Source: Croceivirga sp.
GTDB lineage: Bacteria > Bacteroidota > Bacteroidia > Flavobacteriales > Flavobacteriaceae
NCBI GenBank assembly: GCA_028284935.1
Contig: JANQQQ010000016.1
Coordinates: 86,730 to 150,729, forward strand
Direction of reading: 5' to 3'
DNA length: 64,000 nt
The translations under genes and the position numbers were made by a program. Shown here in pieces: positions 8,955-17,869 of this stretch; the first letter of the stretch is position 1; the number at the start of each line of letters is the position of its first letter. The notes under the pieces are model-generated. The model searched no databases and was not told where the DNA came from. It saw nothing but the letters and a program-made list of their open reading frames with translations.

Positions 8955-9613
8955 ATTCCGATCAAATCGGAACAATAGAAAAACACCTAGATTCAAAAAA
9001 CTTAAGTCACGTTGATTTGAGGTATGAGGTCATTGATCATATTTCGGAGGGCATACGGGAATCAATGGAAATATGGGGCATCAGTTTCGAAGACGCCTAT
9101 CGTAGGGAAGTGGAAAAATGGCATTATGATTTAAGAACGGGATCAACACGTTTAATGGGTTTAAAATGGGCCGTTCCCAATTTGGTAGTCGAAAAATGCA
9201 TTAGACTGGTAAGGGAAATTTGTTTAAAATCCCTCATAATTGCTTTCATCCTTACTGCATTTGGGTTCTATTTTTCGGATGTGTTGACCCCAATGTTACT
9301 AAAGTATCTCAACCTAACTTTTGGTATTTTCTATTTTTTGGGTTTTTTATTGGTGCTATTTTTCTATTTTGAGATTTGGAAAACCAAAATAAAAAGTACG
9401 TATAGTTTCCTTTTCAGAATTAATGCTGTAGGCTTTGGACTTTTTTATCTGTTTTTCAATCCAGTGTTGGTGAGCATTCTAAGTTTCGATATTGGGGGAA
9501 AACTAAATTATGCTTCCCTTTTTGGTAATACGTTCTTTTTGACTTTTTCCTATTTCTATCTCCAACTTTTTAAAAACCATATGTTAACGGCTAAAGATAG
9601 TAGGTTGATATGA
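8927..9613 (+). CDS. PadR-associated membrane protein of unknown function
   Basis: Soluble N-terminus (DLRYEVIDHI) followed by about 4 hydrophobic segments. Overlaps padR. Confidence 0.7.
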   Translation: MEFTMDKSLNSDQIGTIEKHLDSKNLSHVDLRYEVIDHISEGIRESMEIWGISFEDAYRREVEKWHYDLRTGSTRLMGLKWAVPNLVVEKCIRLVREICLKSLIIAFILTAFGFYFSDVLTPMLLKYLNLTFGIFYFLGFLLVLFFYFEIWKTKIKSTYSFLFRINAVGFGLFYLFFNPVLVSILSFDIGGKLNYASLFGNTFFLTFSYFYLQLFKNHMLTAKDSRLI

Positions 9614-9693
9614 GGTTCTTACACTTGCGAACCGATTGACCTATGTAACAAAATTTCAATTCTTACTACTAACCTAAAAAATTGTTCCAACCA

Positions 9694-11163
9694 ATGTTCA
9701 AGAGATTTATCAATCTTCAATGGAAATCCTTTTTCCGTTCCGCTTCTTTTGGGAAAAGCATGGGGATTAAGGTTTTTATGATTTTCATGGGCCTTTATGT
9801 CCTGGCTTCCCTAGGAATATTGGGAGGCTCTTTGTATTTCATCCTAAGAAAACTAGTGCCAAGCCAAGGTCCCATGTGGGTATTGAGCCAATTTTTGGTG
9901 TATTGGGTGTTGGTAGAACTTTTCTTTCGCTATTTCATGCAAAAACTGCCCATCATGGATGTAAAACCGTTATTGATCAACAATATTCCCAAATCCAAAA
10001 TTGTCAATTACATTTTGGGCAGGTCTGTTGTTTCCGGTTTCAATCTGTTTACTTTGGTCACCTTTATACCTTTTGCCATTGTCTTGATCATAAAAGGGTA
10101 CCCAACATTAAATGTAATGGTATGGCTGTTGGCGATGGCACTTATTGCGCTTTGCGCCAATTTCTTGAACTTTTTGATCAATAAAAGTGATGTTGCCCTG
10201 GGATTGATTATTGGGACATTGGCCCTGTTCTGGGGACTGGAATATTTCGGGGTCATTTCCATTCAACAGCTTTTTGGACCTATTTTCCACGCGCTGTATG
10301 CGTATCCTATTACTGTTTTAGTGCCATTGGCCGTTCTAGGGCTACTCTATTTTTTAAATTTCAACTACCTCAAAAAGGTGCTATACCTTGATGGGGCACT
10401 TAAAGGAAAAGCCAAAGAGGCCAAAGCCACCGATTTATCATGGACAAAACGTTTTGGGGAAATGGCGCCTTTTCTTCAGCTTGATTTGAAATTGATTTGG
10501 CGCAATAAGCGAACCAAGACCCAAGTGTGGATTTCGTTGCTCTTTGTTTTTTACGGACTCATCTTCTACACCCAAGAAATTTATGCCAACATGGTGGGCA
10601 TGCACGTCTTTTTGGGGATTTTTATGACGGGAATCTTTCTGGCCAACTTTGGGCAGTTCATTCCTGCGTGGGATAGTGCCTATTATGGCATGATGATGTC
10701 GCAGAATATTCCACTTAGAAAATACTTGGAATCCAAAGCGCTTTTAATCACCGTGAGTGTGGTGGTGATGTTCTTTTTGACCATTCCTTACGTCTACTTT
10801 GGATGGAAAATATTCGCAGTGAATGCGGCCTGCGCTATTTACAATTTGGGAATCAATATTCCCGTAATCCTATACTTTGGCTCCTTCAATAAAAAGCGAA
10901 TTGAACTCGACCAAAGTCCTTTCGGCAACATGCAGGGTACCAGCGCCGTGCAATTCTTAATTATGTTACCTGTTTTGGGCGCTCCCATTATTTTGTTCTC
11001 CTTGCTGAATTGGTTGGTTTCTTTTGAAGTGGCCATTACGGTATTGGTGGGCTTGGGAATTTTAGGATATGCCTTTAAAAGCAAATTATTGGATGCAGTA
11101 ACCCAACAATACGCCCATAAAAAACATGTAATGCTCCAAGGGTTTCAGCAAAAAAATGGATAA
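9694..11163 (+). CDS. ABC transporter permease-like multi-TM protein (DUF5687-type)
   Basis: About 12 hydrophobic segments, MFKRFINLQWKSFFRS N-terminus, directly upstream of an ABC ATPase. Confidence 0.75.
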   Translation: MFKRFINLQWKSFFRSASFGKSMGIKVFMIFMGLYVLASLGILGGSLYFILRKLVPSQGPMWVLSQFLVYWVLVELFFRYFMQKLPIMDVKPLLINNIPKSKIVNYILGRSVVSGFNLFTLVTFIPFAIVLIIKGYPTLNVMVWLLAMALIALCANFLNFLINKSDVALGLIIGTLALFWGLEYFGVISIQQLFGPIFHALYAYPITVLVPLAVLGLLYFLNFNYLKKVLYLDGALKGKAKEAKATDLSWTKRFGEMAPFLQLDLKLIWRNKRTKTQVWISLLFVFYGLIFYTQEIYANMVGMHVFLGIFMTGIFLANFGQFIPAWDSAYYGMMMSQNIPLRKYLESKALLITVSVVVMFFLTIPYVYFGWKIFAVNAACAIYNLGINIPVILYFGSFNKKRIELDQSPFGNMQGTSAVQFLIMLPVLGAPIILFSLLNWLVSFEVAITVLVGLGILGYAFKSKLLDAVTQQYAHKKHVMLQGFQQKNG

Positions 11164-11184
11164 TCAACACAACGTCATTACGAT

Positions 11185-11880
11185 ATGATTAAAATAGAAG
11201 ACCTTTCAAAAAAATACGGTGCCAACACTGTCCTAAACATTGAGTCCCTTGAAATTCCAAAAGGACAAAGTTTTGGTCTTGTGGGGAACAATGGCGCCGG
11301 GAAAACTACACTTTTCAGTTTGTTGTTGGATTTAATTCCTCCCACAACGGGCCAAATCAAAAACAATGAAGTTCAGGTGAATAAAAGCGAAGCTTGGAAG
11401 CCTTTTACGGCGGCCTTTATTGACGAAAGCTTTTTGATAGGTTATTTGACCCCCGAAGAGTACTTTTATTTCATTGGAGAGCTACGAGGGAGGAACAAAG
11501 CGGATGTTGACGCCCTTTTAGCGCAATTCGAGGACTTCTTCCACGGTGAAATATTGGGGCAAAAAAAATACCTGCGCGACCTTTCCAAAGGGAACCAAAA
11601 AAAAGCTGGAATCGTTGCCAGTTTTATCGGCAACCCTGAAGTGGTGATATTGGACGAACCTTTTGCCAACCTAGACCCCACCACGCAAATTCGATTGAAG
11701 GCCATTATCAAGGAATTGGCCGCAAAAGAAGAGGTAACGGTTTTGGTCTCCAGTCATGATTTGATGCACGTTACTGAGGTCTGTGAACGTATCGTCGTAT
11801 TGAACAAAGGAGCGATTGTAAAAGATATTGAGACTTCTGAAAAGACCCTTAAGGAACTCGAAACCTTTTTCGCAGGGTAA
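11185..11880 (+). CDS. ABC transporter ATP-binding protein
   Basis: GNNGAGKTT, LSKGNQKK signature, ILDEP and SSHD motifs. Confidence 0.95.
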   Translation: MIKIEDLSKKYGANTVLNIESLEIPKGQSFGLVGNNGAGKTTLFSLLLDLIPPTTGQIKNNEVQVNKSEAWKPFTAAFIDESFLIGYLTPEEYFYFIGELRGRNKADVDALLAQFEDFFHGEILGQKKYLRDLSKGNQKKAGIVASFIGNPEVVILDEPFANLDPTTQIRLKAIIKELAAKEEVTVLVSSHDLMHVTEVCERIVVLNKGAIVKDIETSEKTLKELETFFAG

Positions 11881-11891
11881 AAATCCATGGT

Positions 11892-12959
11892 TTGAGTTGG
11901 CGCCAAATATTCACGTTTTTCTTTTTGGGTTTTTGCTTTGCAGAGGCTCAAAATGAGGTGACTCAGGTAGAAAAACAGTTGATTCAGGGTGTGTTGACCC
12001 AATTTCCGGACAACACCCATTTTGCCATTGCATTGGTCCAGGACGGGCAGACCTCTTTCTACGGATGTGTTAAAAAACCAAACGGCCTCGTTGAAGTGGA
12101 CAACAGGAAAAACTTATTTGAAGTAGGCTCTATATCAAAAGTTTTTACTGCCACCTTGCTGGCAAATGCCGTATTGGAAGGGAAAGTTGAATTGAACGCC
12201 TCCATAAATGACCATTTAGGCTTTGACATAAATAATGGATATGAGTTCACTTTTTTACAATTGGCCAACCATACTTCCGGATTACCCCGAATGCCTGGAA
12301 ATTTTATATTTCACACCAATGATGCCCAAAACCCCTATAAGGATTACGATGAAAATGCATTAATAGAGTTTTTGGAGAAGTATGTAACATTGCTCAATTA
12401 TGAAAAAAGGGAATATGAGTATTCAAACTTGGGCGCTGGCTTTTTGGGGTATCTCTTGACGAAAATAAATGACCAGTCCTATCATACATTATTGGAATCC
12501 AAAGTGTTTCAAAAACTTAGAATGGTTGATAGTTATGGTTATGTTCCAAGAAACCATGAAAATTTGGTTAAAGGACGTAACGAAAAAGGGGAAGTTACTT
12601 CAAATTGGGACTTGAACATACTGGCCGGTGCCGGAGCAGTGGTATCCAATGTTGAAGATATGTCAAAATTTATTCTGGCGCAGTTTGATATTTCGGACAA
12701 AGCATTGGTATTAACCAGGGAAGAAACCCATAAAATGGATGAGCATAGCGCAATCGCATTGGGTTGGCACATTAACAAAAAAGTAACTTCCGAACCTATT
12801 TTTTGGCATAATGGGGGAACGGGGGGCTATCGGTCTTGTATGGCCATCAACATAGATAATAAACGTGGTGTAATCGTCTTGTCCAACGTCTCTGCTTTTC
12901 ATAAAGAATCATCGAAAATTGATAATTTATCCTTTGATTTATTGAAAACGCTCAACTAA
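11892..12959 (+). CDS. Serine hydrolase, AmpC-like family, exported
   Basis: EVGSISK (SxxK), YSN and HNGGT motifs, N-terminal signal peptide. Confidence 0.88.
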   Translation: MSWRQIFTFFFLGFCFAEAQNEVTQVEKQLIQGVLTQFPDNTHFAIALVQDGQTSFYGCVKKPNGLVEVDNRKNLFEVGSISKVFTATLLANAVLEGKVELNASINDHLGFDINNGYEFTFLQLANHTSGLPRMPGNFIFHTNDAQNPYKDYDENALIEFLEKYVTLLNYEKREYEYSNLGAGFLGYLLTKINDQSYHTLLESKVFQKLRMVDSYGYVPRNHENLVKGRNEKGEVTSNWDLNILAGAGAVVSNVEDMSKFILAQFDISDKALVLTREETHKMDEHSAIALGWHINKKVTSEPIFWHNGGTGGYRSCMAINIDNKRGVIVLSNVSAFHKESSKIDNLSFDLLKTLN

Positions 12960-13013
12960 TTTAAATTAGGGCATACCTTATCCATTCATTCCTACAGTAA
13001 GGCCTTCTATTTT

Positions 13014-13066
13014 CAGTTATGCTACTTAGGAAAGATGTTGACTTTTGAAGCTTCGTTTTACATCCA
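13014..13066 (+). repeat. Left copy of direct repeat (degenerate duplicate of the sprE 5' end)
   Basis: 13028-13066 matches 17831-17869 at 37/39 nt. CAGTTAT also aligns, at a constant offset of 4803. Confidence 0.92.
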
Positions 13067-13152
13067 AAGTTTCAAATTAAGAAGCGATTGCAAAAGACGT
13101 TGTAACCTCAGCGGAAACGTTGAAGGAATTGGAAAGCTTCTTTTCTGGCCAA

Positions 13153-13407
13153 TTAAGGAAACACCTCATAGCAATCTTCATCGTTTCCTGTTGGGGGACA
13201 GTACGAGGCCTTGCAGGCACCACCCTCCCTTTCTTCCGCCAATTCAATACATCTTGATTCTGAAACAAAAGCATGATTGGTAAAACTAAAGGGTTGACCT
13301 GTACGGAAACCACCACAGCTAATACTACAACTACCTAATTCATCCTCGGAAGAACAGGCGTAAAAACATAATAGTATGGAAAAAAACAGAAGCCTAAGAA
13401 ATCGCAT
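13153..13407 (-). CDS. Small Cys-rich lipoprotein of unknown function
   Basis: Lipobox FYA-C18 followed by acidic SSEDE, with six further Cys in 84 aa. Confidence 0.75.
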   Translation of the reverse strand: MRFLRLLFFSILLCFYACSSEDELGSCSISCGGFRTGQPFSFTNHAFVSESRCIELAEEREGGACKASYCPPTGNDEDCYEVFP

Positions 13408-13423
13408 GATATTTGGTTATTGG

Positions 13424-14005
13424 TTATGGTTGTTTCATTATACATTGTGCAGGTTCCATCAAACTGGCTTGAAGCTTTTTGCTCAATATTTCGTAATCGA
13501 AAAAAGTGCCCAGATCATCCGTGCCAAATTTCTCTTCTCCTACCTTGTTCGAAGAGAAATAGACTTTGATATAGGAGATGGGATGTTGTGCAAATAATTT
13601 CAACTGTTCTTGATTTACCTTGTAGAAAGGTTTATTGATTTCCGTGGTCACGGGAAGCGTAAATTTTCCAAGCAAGGTCCTGTCCGGGTGCAAGGTTTCA
13701 ATAGTGCCATTTTCAAATTGTATAATCAACGGGTTGTCCTTCATGATGTCGATTCTTCTTCCCAACTCCCTAACAAGTACTAGGGACAGATAATAATTCT
13801 CGGCGGACCTGACAAAATTGGCCGAAGCTGCCTGACTGAACTTTGAGAACAAAGGTTTAGGTTTTGTGGCCTCAATAATCTTTTCTTCGGTAAAGTGTTT
13901 GTTCGCCCTGCGCATGCCCTTTGAAGAATTCTTGCACTTTTGTCCTATCCCAGAAGCAAAAACGAACAGTATAAATAGAAGGGTTATATGTTTTGTTGTG
14001 CTCAT
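13424..14005 (-). CDS. Exported hypothetical protein
   Basis: 193 aa, signal-peptide-like N-terminus, overlaps the upstream gene by 4 nt (ATGA-type coupling). Confidence 0.75.
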   Translation of the reverse strand: MSTTKHITLLFILFVFASGIGQKCKNSSKGMRRANKHFTEEKIIEATKPKPLFSKFSQAASANFVRSAENYYLSLVLVRELGRRIDIMKDNPLIIQFENGTIETLHPDRTLLGKFTLPVTTEINKPFYKVNQEQLKLFAQHPISYIKVYFSSNKVGEEKFGTDDLGTFFDYEILSKKLQASLMEPAQCIMKQP

Positions 14006-14523
14006 AACGTCATTGTAATTTTTAAGTTCACCGAATTTGTTTGAGGAAAAATGTCCAGATGGACCGGCATGTATATTCCTGCGGATTTATCCTTTAGGGC
14101 AATGGACTTCCATTTTGGGACCAATATCCCAATAAGTGCCCCAACCGCGGCACCGGAACCGGCCATGGCCAAATAAAACCCAGCCGTCTTTTCCCGGGGC
14201 TGCCCTAATGGATCGGTATCCAAATCGATGAGTAGTGCCGAAAGGGACAAGGTTGCAGTTCCAAATAGTGCACCCTCCACCAGATGATTTCCCTTTGGGA
14301 TTTTGATAAGTGAAATATGTTGTAGGGGAAGCTCAGCTTCCTTGTTGCTTTTTAAATGAATGTATTGGGCCATTATGGGGCCTATTTTTAGATCACTGAC
14401 CCTAATCATCCGGTGATCTTTCAAAAAGATTTTAGCGTTCCGGTAATGGCCATCCTGTTCTTTTTGCGCCAAAACATTAAGTGCGATCAAGAGAAAAATG
14501 AAAATCGTAATGGTATCCCTCAT
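14002..14523 (-). CDS. Exported hypothetical protein with glycine-zipper-like hydrophobic hairpin
   Basis: Signal peptide from ATG 14523 (MRDTITIFIFLLIALNVLAQ). Contains GALFG...GSGAAVGALIG. Confidence 0.72.
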   Translation of the reverse strand: MRDTITIFIFLLIALNVLAQKEQDGHYRNAKIFLKDHRMIRVSDLKIGPIMAQYIHLKSNKEAELPLQHISLIKIPKGNHLVEGALFGTATLSLSALLIDLDTDPLGQPREKTAGFYLAMAGSGAAVGALIGILVPKWKSIALKDKSAGIYMPVHLDIFPQTNSVNLKITMTL

Positions 14524-14641
14524 GAAATTCTGTATGATAACAGCCCCTTTTGAAAAAGAAAGGCCATATTGATGAGTAAGGCATTCTGCAAATGGCAATG
14601 GGAATGGATAAAGCTATAAAGTACCTTGTTGAAGGAACAGC

Positions 14642-14673
14642 ACTTATAGTTCAATTTCTTCTACTTATAGGTC
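14642..14673 (-). promoter_or_regulatory. Tandem direct repeat, putative AraC binding site
   Basis: ACTTATAGTTC (14642) and ACTTATAGGTC (14663), 21-bp period, upstream of a -7-like TAGCTTTA (14609-14616, minus strand). Confidence 0.6.
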
Positions 14674-14695
14674 GATGAAGTCTTTTTAAATCGGA

Positions 14696-17548
14696 CTAAG
14701 CCTTATACTGGGACGGAGGGACCCCGAAGGTCTCATTAAAACATTTGGAAAAGTAGCCCACGTTCTCAAACCCTACTCTAAAAGCAATTTCAGAAACCGT
14801 ACCTACATTAACCTTTAATAATTGTGCAGCTTTTTTTAATCGTATTAAGCGGATAAATCCCGATGGTGAATAGCCGGTATGGGCTTTTAGTTTTCGGTAT
14901 AACTGTGATTGGCTCATATTCATGCAAGATGCAAAAGAGCTGACGTCAAAACTGGAATCATCTAAATGCTCTTCAACAATTTGTAGGGCACGTTGAATGA
15001 TTCTTTGGTGTTCCGTGGTATATTTTAACCGTTTGATAGGTAGTGTATTGGGATTGTTCCAGGTTTTGGCCAAATTGGTGGTCAACACCTGTATTTTTGA
15101 TTCAAATTGTTCCCGCGCGTCTCGTATTTGAGCAAAATGGCGGTAGCACAATACGGTTAAGCCAAGAATTGCTAAGGCATAAACACCATAGGCCCATGAA
15201 GATTGCCAATAAGGAGGGGAAATAATGAATACTAGAGAAGCTTTTCCTAGTCCATCATTTGTCGTTTTTACATTTAAAGTATAGGTTCCCGAACTTAAAT
15301 TCCCCATAGTAATGTGTTGGTTTTTACCCAGCTGATGCCATTCTTTATTTGTCCCGATGAGTTGATATTCATAGTGGCTATTTGCCAAATCCGAATAGTT
15401 CAATTCCGCAAAAGAGAAGGTCATGTTGTTTTGGTCATGAAGAAGCCTCAGGGTATCCACTCTGGAAATGTGTTTTTTTGGGAAGTCTGGAGCGGGAATA
15501 CGATTACTTTTTTCATCAAGTAGTTGAAAGTCGGTAAACACGATTGGAGCGCTTTGTGTGAGCTGACCAAAAGCAAGTGGGTCAAAAGAATTGAAGCCAT
15601 TAATTCCTCCAAAAAAGAATTCCCCATTAGCACTTTCAAAATAGGCCCCTGCGTTGAATTCGCTGTCTTGAAGGCCATGGTGAACATCAAAATGCCTGAA
15701 TTTTTTTGTAGTCTGATCAAGTACGCTCATGCCTGCATTGCTTGTAAACCAAATTCGGTTTCTGCCATCGACCAATACGCCATAAATGACATCATTCAAA
15801 AGTCCACTGTTAGCGGTAAAGTGTTCGAACATCCCTGAGGTGACGTCCAATCGATTGAGTCCTCCCCCATAGGTGCCGACCCAGATATACCCTTTTTTGT
15901 CCTCGGCAATACTGGTGATGTATTTATGGCTCAAACCTTGCGGGCCTTCGGAATCGAATAAATATCTTTTTATTACACCTGTATCGGTATCCATGCAATT
16001 GAGCCCATCTTTGGTTCCAATCCATAGCAAACCCTTTTTATCAAAAAACAACTTATTAATGGAATTGGCGGAAAGGGATTTGTCTTTATCGGCAGCGAAT
16101 AAAAACCTTTCGGAAGCATTCGTTACAACATTGAATTTCCATAATCCATAACTGCCAATCCAAAGGTTGTTGTCCGCGTCGGCAGCCAAGGAGCGTACTT
16201 GGATTATGGAATCGGTTTGCCCTGGTAAAGTATAAAAACGTTCGAATTTGTTTCTTTTCACGTCATACCTTTTCAAGCCGTTTAGCCAAGTACCCGCCCA
16301 AATAGCTCCTGTTGAATCTTCACAAATAGACCGAATGGTATTTAAAGGGGTGGTCGAAATTTCTTCTGTGTCGTTCATTAATAAGGTCACCTTTTCTGTT
16401 GCCCTATCCATGAGGTTTAGTCCTCCATGAGTACCCACCCATAGTCTGTTTTTGCTATCCAACAGAATGCTGCGAACGGTGTTCTGACTTAACGTATTGG
16501 TATTGCCAAGAGAATGTTTATAATGGTTGAACCGAGGTTGACGTGGGTCATACTTGTTGACACCCCCAACATAGGTGCCTACCCACACTATTCCATCAGG
16601 GTCTTGGTACAAAGACCTTATGGAATTTGAGTTGAGGCCCGTAGTATTGTAAGGGTCATGGAGTATGCTTTTAAAAGAATGGTCAAAACGGTTAAAGAGA
16701 ACAAGTCCACTATTTCTTGTGCCTATGAATAGATGATTTTTCGTGCCAATGGCAAGAGACAACACCCCGGTATTGGAAAGAAGAGGACGGTTTTTATCAT
16801 AAAACTTGGAGGATTGCAATTTATTACTATTAAGGCTGTAGGTAAGAAGCCCTCTAGCGTTGCCGATCCAAAGGCACGATGAATCCAACACCATAGAAGC
16901 TGGATATGGGTTTTTAAGGGACTCGTGAAGAACACTTGTAAATGAATGGTTATGAATCTTTATTTTTTCTAAGCTCTCGGTACCCAAAACCCAAAAATGG
17001 TTTTTATCATCAGCTACTATAGACCATATCACATGGTTCCCTTTTGCTTTTTCAGAAAGGTATCTTTTAAAACCCTTGTCTTTGTCAAAAGTGTTGAGTC
17101 CGTCCATGGTACCCACCAATAAGGCCCCATCGCCATTGATGCATAGGGCATTCACTATATCGTTCGATATACTATGTGCCATACTTGGGGAATGTTGGTA
17201 TCTGGTAAATGTTTCGGTTTCTGGGTTGAAGTAATTGAGCCCATTGTTTGTTCCCACCCACAAAAAGCCATCTTCATGTTCCAATATGGTGTTGATATAG
17301 CTGCTGGAAAGACTATTGTTATTGTTTGGTTGATGTCTGTAAATGGTAAAGGTGGAACCATCATATTTATTGAGGCCGTCTTCTGTTCCAAACCACATAA
17401 AACCACGACTGTCCTTAATAATGCAGGTTACCGAAGACTGAGACAGTCCTTGGGCCATAGTGAGATGTTCAAATCTTGAGAACATATTTTGACCGTGAAC
17501 CAAAGAATGGATCACAAAGAAAAACAGGATGGTTGGGTGCACTCTCAT
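14696..17548 (-). CDS. Beta-propeller/Y_Y_Y sensor-TM-AraC regulator (HTCS-like, lacking kinase and receiver domains)
   Basis: Signal peptide, repeated D..G.LW.GT..GL units, Y_Y_Y-like segment (YEYQL...LSSGTYTLNVK), TM helix, then the AraC HTH (MSQSQLYRKLK...VSEIAFRVGF...YFSKCF). Confidence 0.9.
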   Translation of the reverse strand: MRVHPTILFFFVIHSLVHGQNMFSRFEHLTMAQGLSQSSVTCIIKDSRGFMWFGTEDGLNKYDGSTFTIYRHQPNNNNSLSSSYINTILEHEDGFLWVGTNNGLNYFNPETETFTRYQHSPSMAHSISNDIVNALCINGDGALLVGTMDGLNTFDKDKGFKRYLSEKAKGNHVIWSIVADDKNHFWVLGTESLEKIKIHNHSFTSVLHESLKNPYPASMVLDSSCLWIGNARGLLTYSLNSNKLQSSKFYDKNRPLLSNTGVLSLAIGTKNHLFIGTRNSGLVLFNRFDHSFKSILHDPYNTTGLNSNSIRSLYQDPDGIVWVGTYVGGVNKYDPRQPRFNHYKHSLGNTNTLSQNTVRSILLDSKNRLWVGTHGGLNLMDRATEKVTLLMNDTEEISTTPLNTIRSICEDSTGAIWAGTWLNGLKRYDVKRNKFERFYTLPGQTDSIIQVRSLAADADNNLWIGSYGLWKFNVVTNASERFLFAADKDKSLSANSINKLFFDKKGLLWIGTKDGLNCMDTDTGVIKRYLFDSEGPQGLSHKYITSIAEDKKGYIWVGTYGGGLNRLDVTSGMFEHFTANSGLLNDVIYGVLVDGRNRIWFTSNAGMSVLDQTTKKFRHFDVHHGLQDSEFNAGAYFESANGEFFFGGINGFNSFDPLAFGQLTQSAPIVFTDFQLLDEKSNRIPAPDFPKKHISRVDTLRLLHDQNNMTFSFAELNYSDLANSHYEYQLIGTNKEWHQLGKNQHITMGNLSSGTYTLNVKTTNDGLGKASLVFIISPPYWQSSWAYGVYALAILGLTVLCYRHFAQIRDAREQFESKIQVLTTNLAKTWNNPNTLPIKRLKYTTEHQRIIQRALQIVEEHLDDSSFDVSSFASCMNMSQSQLYRKLKAHTGYSPSGFIRLIRLKKAAQLLKVNVGTVSEIAFRVGFENVGYFSKCFNETFGVPPSQYKA

Positions 17549-17616
17549 GGGCGCGTTAAATTACTAGTATTGAGAATATTGTATTTTAAAAATAAGACAA
17601 AAAGCCATTTTGTTCA

Positions 17617-17776
17617 AAACCCCCTTTTTATTGGGTATCCAAAAGAGTAATTGGACAATACACAACTACCCATAAACATGAAGAGAAATCAAAAAACTTC
17701 TCATTCAACTTATGCCAACTAGGTTGGGTAGATGGAATGCTGTGATAGGTCAGGAAAGCCTTTTAAAAGGGGGTTT
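17617..17776. repeat. Nested inverted repeats in the divergent intergenic region
   Basis: AAACCCCCTTTT / AAAAGGGGGTTT (12 bp) enclosing CTACCCA / TGGGTAG and TGAAGAGAA / TTCTCATTCA. Confidence 0.6.
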
Positions 17777-17816
17777 CCATTTTAGTAAAAGCCATTATAA
17801 TATTTAGCCTTTTTTC

Positions 17817-17869
17817 CAGTTATCTTAACTAGGAAAGATTTTGATTTTTGAAGCTTCGTTTTACATCCA
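17817..17869 (+). repeat. Right copy of direct repeat (functional sprE 5' end)
   Basis: Contains the sprE TTG start at 17848. Matches 13014-13066. Confidence 0.92.

Larger units (their letters stand above)
13014..17869. mobile_element. Putative direct-repeat-bounded gene cassette (no integrase or transposase)
   Basis: Four minus-strand genes lie between two co-linear copies of the sprE start region. The insertion interpretation is inference. Confidence 0.6.

Noticed and set aside
13035-13283. 82-aa plus-strand ORF
   Set aside because: It starts in the degenerate sprE repeat, out of frame with sprE, and overlaps the better-supported lipoprotein gene in antisense.
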